The notes under the pieces were generated by a model. That model was not told where the DNA came from. It saw only the letters and a list, made by a program, of their open reading frames with translations, and did no database searches. A DNA stretch of 63,625 bases, the filler included, from Octopus bimaculoides (lineage: Eukaryota), in the NCBI RefSeq assembly GCF_001194135.2. It is 4 parts of 3 records of this genome, joined end to end, with 100 filler letters (N's around TTAATTAATTAA, not from the genome) between each part and the next. Parts side by side here need not be neighbours in the genome. Positions count along the whole stretch, not along the records: positions 52,647 to 58,537 come from NC_068987.1; positions 58,638 to 63,625 come from NC_068992.1; 2 more parts are not named here. One strand, given 5' to 3'. Of this stretch, positions 54,320-63,625 are shown in pieces; position 1 is the first letter of the stretch, and the number at the start of each line of letters is the position of its first letter. Position numbers and translations under genes: made by a program.

Positions 54320-54552
54320 GAGTGGTTTCCAAACTTTTGGGGGACTACCGCCCCCCTCGGGCACATTTCTAGTGGACCCCACACTCACCACCACAAACAT
54401 AGACCACTTTCTGCAGCAAATTCAAAACAGTATTTCACAAATAAAACTTAACCTACTTTACCCATTATTTTGTTGTTTTTACATCCATTATCCTCTTTTG
54501 GCCACCCCATTATGACCCCAAATTTCTTCAACGCCCACTTTGGGAACCACTA
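54320..54552. mobile_element. hAT-like MITE, TSD not resolved
   Basis: TIRs AGTGGTTTCCAAA / TTTGGGAACCACT. Confidence 0.6.
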
Positions 54553-55130
54553 GTGTTGATGATGCTTGGGTGCGGAAGGCTTGGAAGGATGATATCTAAC
54601 TGCATGCGAGTGGTTGTTATTGTGTCAGCAAGTGTGTCATTGATGCGCAGAAAGAAAAGTGTAGGTCTGAACCAAACTTTGACACATCCATATTTCATAG
54701 AATATGAGTAAAAGAGAGCGCCACCAATACTCATTACAAAAGCAGGTGTGACAGGAAGTCAATAAACTAAGAAACTAAGAATATATGGAGCCCATGGGCT
54801 CGCCATTTAGCTAGAGATTTGCTTGCAAGATACAGCTGATGATTTTATTAAGTGGAACAACATTATTTTAACCAAGTTTCTTGAAGTCGAGGAGCATCTA
54901 GCAGCTCACTAAGGAGTGGTCTTTGATAGATCTGGTTTTGTAGAAGCCGTTCTGGTGGTTAGTAACGATGGAGATGAAAACCGTAGAATAAGAAAATGTA
55001 AATGAGTGTCTTCATCATCTCCGAGGGTTTGGAAACGACAGACAGTTGGCAGTTAGGAAAGTTATCTTTGTTGGGATTGATACAAATTGGGGAATGTTTC
55101 CGGAGATCAGGATAAATTCCCAGAGAAAGA

Positions 55131-55233
<103 letters not shown>

Positions 55234-56391
55234 GCAGATAGACAGACTAGCAGAGTTTGAAGAGATCGTCAAGGATAAGGCTAGCTTTGGCTTGAACTGT
55301 TTGAAGATAATGTAAGGAACATTGTCAGGGCCGTTGACCTATTGGTTTTAATCGAATTAAGTTGGCGAAAGCAACTTTATGCCTATGCGTATGTGATGGT
55401 AAACCTGGTAGAAATCAATGGTTTTGGAGAAGATTTACCTTGTGTTTGCGAGCATTATGGAGTTTTAGGGATTTTTATAAATTATTTTTCTTTTTTAATA
55501 TTGAGTGAAAACAGTACGTTTGATCCTTTAAGGACTTACGAGATTGGTAGGGGGAAAGTGGCCCAAAACCAGACACCTCTTCCGAGCGCTTGCAATAGAA
55601 TGCACTCCGTTAAAGGTGCAATAGAGTGCACTCCGTTAAAGGCACTCCTAGGTGTCAGGCAGTGATGTAAGGCCGGGCTGCGGATTAAGTCTACCTTGGG
55701 TGCTAAACGGATTAGGTCTAGCATGCATGAAGGCCAAAACCCAGAAGAAATTACTGCAAGATATTTGGTCCGACATGTTTATAATTCTGCCAGATCATTG
55801 TCCTGGTACTTTTTTTTATCAAGCCCGAGGGAGAAAAGTAAATTTGACCTCGATGCGGTTTGCACTCAGGGTGCAGAGTCTGAACAATAATCACCTAACA
55901 CTCCATCTGATGGCTCTGACGACTGCCAGTTCTTCATCTAAACTGAATGCAAAGTGAACAGCAGTTCCACTAAGTACAGAACTATCAATGGTGAAAGGTA
56001 AACTAAGAAGGATTGTGTAAAGATGGTAGTGACCCAGTCAGCAAGCGGCGGTGGGTGGGAGTCGGCAACAGTTTGTGAAGCAGAGGGCTTTCAGTTTGTG
56101 TGATATCCGCAGACATACTTCGCGATTCGGATGAGAGTCTTGCAGGATTTACAATGATGAGCGAAGTATTGTTAGCAGTAGTGCTCTTTATATTGTGCAG
56201 TTATGAATAAACCATTCAGAGGCTTTAGAGACATATTTGGTTTTGTGTGCTAAAGTGCAGGAACGAAATTTGCTTAGGGACCTGTAAACCCAGGTCCAAA
56301 CTTTCTTTTGCAAATAAGGTCGATTTTTTTTCAGTCTCAATAGCAAAACAAACACAGGTGATGATAATAATAATCATTATATTTGTACATC

Positions 56392-56560
56392 CGAGTGAAA
56401 TACTTAGCAGTATTGCGTCCATCTTCACGTTCTGAGTTCAAATTCCGAGGTCGACTTTGCCGTTCATCCTTTCGGTGTTGATGAAATAAGTATCGAGTCA
56501 ATGTAATCGACTTACCTCCTCCCCTGAAGTTGTTGGCCTTGTGCCAAAATTTGAAATCAT
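56392..56560 (+). mobile_element. SINE family B
   Basis: TTCTGAGTTCAAATTCCGAGGTCGACTTTGCCGTTCATCCTTTCGG. Confidence 0.82.
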
Positions 56561-56573
56561 TATTATGCTTGTA

Positions 56574-56958
56574 TGTGGAGGCGCAATGGCCCGGTGGTTA
56601 GGGCAGCGGATTCGCGGTTTCGATTCTCAGACCGGGCGATGTGAGTGTTTATTGAGCGAAAATACCTAATGCTCCACGAGGCTCCGGCAGAGGATGGTGG
56701 CGAACCCTGCTGTACTCTTTCACCACAACTTTCTCTCACTCTTACTTCCTGTTTNNNNNNNNNNNNNNNNNNNNNNNNNNNNNNNNNNNNNNNNNNNNNN
56801 NNNNNNNNNNNNNNNNNNNNNNNNGAGAACTACGTTAAGGGTACACGTGTCTGTGGAGTGCTCAGCCACTTGCACGTTAATTTCACTAGCAGGCTGTTCC
56901 GTTGATTGGATCAACTGGAGCCCTCGTCGTCGTAAGCGACGGAGTGCCAACAACAACT
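56574..56958 (+). mobile_element. tRNA-derived SINE family C, spanning a gap
   Basis: GGAGGCGCAATGGCCCGGTGGTTAGGGCAGCGGA..GGTTTCGATTCTC head; ..GCGACGGAGTGCCAACAACAAC tail. Confidence 0.82.
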
Positions 56959-58292
56959 ATGCTTGTATAGATCAACCACATCAGATAAATCCAATAATAG
57001 AAAGATAATGTTTCAAATCAGTCCAAAGATATTTCTCCGCTCGTTCGTTTAGGCGATGAAGATTTTTCAGGAGGATATCCAAAGAGTTTTCAATGCCTAC
57101 ATGCAAAAAAAAAAAAAAGAAAAAGAAAAAAAAAGGTGGGGTGCACTTGCACCTTCTGCAACCCTGAATCCCGAGCCTGTGTTTGTGTTAGATATGGAGC
57201 GGCATGTCTAGAGAGGACGGTTTCAATGAACTGTTTAACTGGCTCTGGTGTGTTAAATAAAAAGCACAAGTGCAGCCAAGGAACTACCGTTAGACCTCCA
57301 ACCAATCAGCACACATACACAAAAAACACACACACATTAAGAAAATATTTACTCATACAACCGACTGTTTCACGTAACCACAATACACACACACACACAT
57401 TCATATATATCTCGGTGTAAGTTTATACATACGTCATTTCAACAACGGATTCTGAAACATCTGGAAAGACACGCTATATACATCACACACTATCACACAC
57501 TAACACGTACACACACACACACACGTATGTGTACTATACCCAGAAATACGCATACACACCACATATAGATACATGCGGATGCACAACATCCGTAAACGCA
57601 AAGACAAAACATCTCTCATAGACACACACAGATACGACAATCACAGAAAGAAAATATTTACATAGGCAGCCGACATCTTCATAAGCGCACACCGCACACA
57701 ATTAGACACATACAATCAACACGTAAACACACACACACACACACACATACATTCATACATTCACATGCTCTCTCTGTATCATCACACCTACATACACTTA
57801 CACAATCAATACAAACACATACAGTCAACAGTAAATCATACATACCCGTACACACACACACACATTATCTTTCTCTTCCATCTTTTTCACAAATAGACTG
57901 ACACATTCACTGTTCCTGTCTGTCAGTCTGCCAGTTTGTCTGTTCGTCTGTGTGACTTCTGTCTGTCTGCCTCTCTCGCGTTCTCTCTCCCTCCCTCACG
58001 TACTCACACACACATTTACACTCACACACAAACTCACTCACAAATAGACACACACACACACATGCCCACTCTCACAAATACAGAAGAGGTCTGCTCTGTA
58101 CAGCAGACGATCCGACGACATACCGGACAGACGTACTCTAACTAGAGTTAAAAGGTCATGGGTAAAATGACGACGACGAAATACTGTTGCTATTCTCTCT
58201 ATCGCCTTCACTCCCACCGCTTCCTTCCTTAACAAGCGGCCGCACACTTGTTAGCAACAGATGATAATGACGCTTTTGGCAGCACAAATAAA

Positions 58293-58319
58293 GGCTGCTG
58301 CTGCTGCTGCTGCAGCTCG

Positions 58320-58359
<40 letters not shown>

Positions 58360-58380
58360 CCTACTGCTAACACTACTACA

Positions 58381-58439
<59 letters not shown>

Positions 58440-58537
58440 CACTACTACTACTCCACCTACTGCAACTGCTACCACTATTCTTACTCCTGCCATTACTACT
58501 ACTACTACTCCCATCACCACCACCACCACCACCACCA
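58293..58537. repeat. (GCT)n-(ACT)n-(ACC)n trinucleotide array
   Basis: Direct reading; runs into a gap. Confidence 0.95.
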
Positions 58538-58637
58538 NNNNNNNNNNNNNNNNNNNNNNNNNNNNNNNNNNNNNNNNNNNNTTAATTAATTAANNNNNNN
58601 NNNNNNNNNNNNNNNNNNNNNNNNNNNNNNNNNNNNN

Positions 58638-58692
<55 letters not shown>

Positions 58693-58900
58693 GTGTGTGT
58701 ACATATATATACATATGCATATACATATGTTTTTTGTGTGTCTATATATTTACACGTGCATACGTACACACACACACACGCTTATATACACATATATACA
58801 TACACGTACATATATATATATGTGTATATGTATATATGTACATATATGCGTGCGTGTCTTTGTATGTGTATACAAACACATACAAAACATACATGCAAAC

Positions 58901-58933
<33 letters not shown>

Positions 58934-59241
58934 TGGACGTATGTATATAACAACATTGACAAGGGTAGCTCCGGGAATGTCAATAGTTTCCTGGTTTTCT
59001 GACTCAATTCTCCAAATCAATTAACTTCCATTTTATTGCGTTCCGCTCGTAGTTAAAGACTAGGAAGATGAGCGTACGTATACCAATATTCTTATTGCTA
59101 ATACTGAATTCAACTGTTAATACTAGACTAACTCTGCTGTAGTACTCTTTCCGAACTTTCTCGTTCATTTCTGCGCGTGTAAGCTATATCTTATCACTTT
59201 CATCTGCTGACAATTATATGCATTTTTGTTTGTTTTGTGGC

Positions 59242-59273
<32 letters not shown>

Positions 59274-59313
59274 TATAGAATTTTTTAATTTATATGTCTC
59301 TCTCTCTCTCTCA

Positions 59314-59460
59314 GGTGCAGGCGTGATTGTGTTTTAAGAAGTTTGTTTCCAAGCTACATGCTTCCAGTTTCAGTCCCGCTATGCGTCAGCCTGGGCAAAT
59401 GTTGGCTGTTGTAGCCACGAGCCGATCAAAGCCTGATAAATGGATCGAGTTGGCAGAATG
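59314..59460 (+). mobile_element. SINE family A head, decayed
   Basis: AGGTGCAGGCGTGATTGTGTTTTAAGAAG..CAGTCCCG..CCTGGGCAAATG; similar heads at about 30085 and 39520. Confidence 0.65.
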
Positions 59461-60046
59461 TATTTATATATGTATGCATGTATCTATGTATACATGTATG
59501 TATGCATATATATATAAATAATTGCGCAGCTGTAAGCAAACCAACACCAGTTGGAGTACGGCGGTGGGGCCCAAACACAAACATACAGACACACACGCGA
59601 ACACACACACAAATATGTAGATATACATATGTGTGCCTGAGTGTGCATGTGATTTTGTGCGTGCGTGTGTGCATTATAATTTACGGTATAAGGGGAAATA
59701 AATCGTTTTCCCCTTTTGCTTCTTTCTGATTACTTCTTTTTTTTTCCGGTTTTACAACCTTCTACGTTTTATATATATTTCCTTCTTGCTTTTCTCGCTT
59801 CTCCGCTTGTCCTATTTTTAGTTCGTTGTGCCATGTGAGCAGTGTCTGATGATTGTGCTGGGGCACTAAACGTGTTATAAAACAATGTTTGGCATGCTCT
59901 CAGTGCATAAAACTCATAGTAGCACATAAAAACATATATTTGCTTGTTAAATAATATTTATCTCTCACCAGATGGAGTGCTTTTTTTATTGATCTTACCA
60001 TCACAGAGCATTACAATATATATATATATATGTAGGTATATATTTA

Positions 60047-60860
60047 CAGGTTGCACTGAATGAATTGTCCTATAAATTATGTAAAAATGAAAACAACACT
60101 GACATCTCATTTTAACATAAAAATATCCGCCACAGCCTCCCGACGACTTCGGAACCTCCTGTAGCTCATCTGGGCGGTTTTCTTGTTTCAGTTGGTGAAT
60201 GCTGCCATCATCCTTGCCTTTAGTTTATCTTTGGTGCTACAAGGAGTTTTGTTGGTCTCTCGCTCAACTGTGCCCCACACATCATAATCAAGGGTGTTGC
60301 AGTCTGGGGAGTTAAGTGGCCAGATGTTAGGGTGATGTGGTCGCAGAAATTGTCCGACAGCCATGACTGGGTTCTTCTGCTTGAGTGGCATGGTGTAGAG
60401 TCTTGTTACCAGACATAGGGTCTTCCAGCAGCCGCCCTCTTGACCCATGCCAGCACTACCTCCTCCAGGTACTTGATGTAGGCCTCTGTGTTGAATCTTA
60501 GGTCGTGTGGGAAGAGGAATGGAGGCATAACATCGCCATCACTAGTGACCACTACCAACACCATGATGCTAATTGGACGTTTGATTTTTATTATTCTCGG
60601 TACTTGTTCGCAGATTGCAATGTCCTCAGATTGACACCTAAACACTCTGAAATGTTCGTATTGGACCTTCCGGCGCGAATGCCAAAGCAGTACAGCAAGA
60701 CGTTTCAAATTTCTGGCAGAGTGAATTGCGTTATGATGCTGGTTTTCTTACAGACGTTGCCCAACTGCACCTATTAAATAGAGCACAAAATCAAAAACAA
60801 ACAATGCGCGTGCGCGAAATAGAAAATAGAAAATGGCGACAATTTACTCATCGCACCCTG
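60047..60860 (-). mobile_element. Internally deleted DD37D (maT-like) element, copy 2
   Basis: TIRs CAGGTTGCA.. and ..GCACCCTG; KRPISIMVLVVVTSDGDVMPPFLFP..RPYVW..WPLNSPDCNTLDYDVW; aligns with 22314-23181. Confidence 0.9.
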
Positions 60861-60861
60861 T

Positions 60862-60862
60862 G

Positions 60863-60938
<76 letters not shown>

Positions 60939-60947
60939 CAGACAAGC

Positions 60948-60978
<31 letters not shown>

Positions 60979-60985
60979 TAGATAC

Positions 60986-61043
<58 letters not shown>
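60862..61043. repeat. (AGAT)n/(AGAC)n tetranucleotide array
   Basis: Direct reading. Confidence 0.95.
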
Positions 61044-61693
61044 GAGTGTGCGTGTGTGTGTGTGTGCTTCAGTGCAAGTCCGTGTGTATTAGTGGGTATG
61101 TGAAGTGCCAGTTAGGTATCTCTTCGTCTCTTAAACTTTGAGTATTGCACGTGGAAGGCATAAACTAGTAACCTACATAAACATACTCAACATATCGTAT
61201 CAATTGCTCTTCTCTGTTTATGCATACGAGCGTGCATACACACGCACACAGACACACACACACACACACATAAAAGCACTCACGTACATACAGACATTAT
61301 CTATTTGTCTATCCCTCGTCAACTTTTTCAAGTACCACTTGAAAAGGAGGATGAGGATAGAGAGGAAAGTGTTGTCGAATGAAAGTTTCAATAAAAAATG
61401 GGTAAATGTGGCAAGAATGGTAAGAATGAAAGACGACACCATTTTAAGCATAGACTTGTAACAAAAAGAGACAAAAAGAGAGAAGGTACTTACTTTCATG
61501 TACCTTTAAAAAAAAAANNNNNNNNNNNNNNNNNNNNNNNNNNNNNNNNNNNNNNNNNNNNNNNNNNNNNNNNNNNNNNNNNNNNNNNNNNNNNNNNNNN
61601 NNNNNNNNNNNNNNNNNNNNNNNNNNNNNNNNNNNNNNNNNNNNNNNNNNNNNNNNNNNNNNNNNNNNNNNNNNNNNNNNNNNNNNNNNNNNN

Positions 61694-61760
<67 letters not shown>

Positions 61761-61819
61761 GAGTAGCAGGGAAATGTAAAGACGCACCATTATACAGCTG
61801 CAAGAAGAAATAGAATAGA

Positions 61820-62027
61820 AAGAGGTTGTGAAGAAAACAAAATAATGATAACGAGTAAAACCAACCACAATGCAGTCAGGTAAATTGAAATAGCAGGGAA
61901 GATACTGAAACAAGTTGAAATCTTTGAATATTGGAGAAGAATTCTAATGGAAGATTTAAGATCAAAGAAAGAAATAGAATATTTAATTGCAGTAGCGACG
62001 GTCTCTTTAACAGAATTTTACTCTGTT
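61820..62027 (+). mobile_element. Old RTE RT fragment
   Basis: KTKIMITSK..AGKILKQVEIFEYW..EDLRSKKEIEYLIAVA resembles RTE KTKVM..EQVDSFKYLG..DGRSEKEIKSRIAMA. Confidence 0.6.
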
Positions 62028-62256
62028 TTGGTAAAATAAAAAAGATGAAAATAACTAAAATTTGATTACGTTTATATCCGAGAATACCAATGTGTCAGTG
62101 ACCTATGTCACCAAAGTAGAAGAGATGAAATGTGTGAACATGTTTGAACTTATAGCGATATAATCAAACCTTTCCTTCTGGCTTTGTCCATCTCTCTTAT
62201 TCTCCTGTATAGTGCAGTGTCTGTTCCCTTCGTGCACTGCGTCTCTCCACACCCCG

Positions 62257-62346
<90 letters not shown>

Positions 62347-62519
62347 ATCCTTTTTCTGTCCGTGTTTGAATTCACTTTCTAAGTGTCCGAAGTAATAATG
62401 CTATTTTCCAAACTGCGCTAAAACAATGAGCTGAAATGATGGCCTCCTTCGGCAAATGCAGAAAGCATGATCAGAAAATAAGACACTTTTAAACTCCTAC
62501 TATTATAAGTATACGTATA

Positions 62520-62732
62520 ATGTGGCAAACTGGCAGAATCGTTAACATGCTGGACGAAATGTTTAGCGGTATTTCGCCCGTTGCTACGTTCTGAGCTCAA
62601 ATTCCTCCGAGGTCGTCTTTGCCTATCATCCTTTCGGGGTCGATAAAATAAGTACCCGTTGAACACTGGAGTCGATATAATTGAGAAATTCGCACCTCCC
62701 CCAAACTGCCCTTGTGGCAAAAATCTGAAATC
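62520..62732 (+). mobile_element. Family B SINE with an intact 18-bp TSD
   Basis: TSD ATTATAAGTATACGTATA at 62502-62519 and 62733-62750. Confidence 0.9.
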
Positions 62733-63577
62733 ATTATAAGTATACGTATAGAGTCAGTCTCTTCCTACTCTGGAGATATGTTCTCAAGATCATCAGCTAA
62801 TGGCTTACCTGAGAGTTTGTAAACGTGATATGAGGGCATGACTACACATTGATTTCTTTGGAGTTTCACTTCTCTGTTCTCAGGCGAGCCTCTAGAGCAG
62901 TGGTCTTCAACCGAGATCCATATGACCCCTGAAAAAAATTTTGCATGAGATGTATGTATTGGTATGTATTGCAAGAAACAGCTAGGCTTTTCTCTAACAT
63001 TTTCAGAGTTCAACATACACAAGTTAATGAAAGAAATAGAATATTTAATTGCAGTAGCGACGGTCCCTTTAACAGAATTTTACTCTGTTATATATTTGCG
63101 TCTGATGGATTGTTTCATATCACAAGGCATGGTATATCGCCTGCCGAATTATTTTGTTTTAACAGCACGAAAACGTAAGTAGCTCATATTTAAATACTAA
63201 AGAGATATGAAACCACGAATATACTTTACTGGGGCTATTTTTTCCTTGTCTCCGGATCTTTCCTCTTTTTTTCTTTCTGACGAAGAGCCATCCACTGGAT
63301 AAGTCCTTTTGACTTTTGTTGCTTTCGCTTCTATTCTTGTTTTCATGTTCGATTGACCTTTTCGTTTCCATTTTCAATATATATATATATATATATATAT
63401 TAAGAAATAAGAGTTGCGTAGCGTTACATAAGTACATCTAAAGGTGCGAAATTGTAATGATCTTTTGGACGTTGACTGATGAGGAATAAGTTACGAATTT
63501 TCTGTTTGCTATGTTTTTGTAAAATTCTACTTTTGCTATATTTTTCACACAGACACACACACACGCACAAACACACA

Positions 63578-63625
<48 letters not shown>

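Overview
AT-rich, gap-rich (N runs) animal genomic scaffold, almost entirely non-coding. The SINE families, dense microsatellites and TTAATTAATTAA spacers inside gaps suggest an octopus short-read assembly; this is recognition from memory, not a database hit. Nearly all supplied ORFs are microsatellite, N-gap or decayed-transposon translations. The window has two compartments. About 1-23.2 kb is CpG-depleted and packed with decayed RTE LINEs, two Penelope-like elements (PLEs), an R4/Dong-type fragment and Tc1/mariner fragments, plus a likely cluster of unannotated + strand host exons at 1.4-1.9 kb. About 23.3-63.6 kb retains CpG and holds mainly tRNA-derived SINEs, MITEs and simple repeats. 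Best leads: a Naiad/Neptune-like PLE frame broken only by in-frame TGA codons, a PLE with ~380-bp inverted termini carrying a hammerhead-ribozyme-like core, a perfect 60-bp hairpin, an orphan 28S rRNA fragment, and the CpG boundary, shown internally by two copies of one DD37D transposon. I found no convincing new multi-gene system and could not name any host gene.
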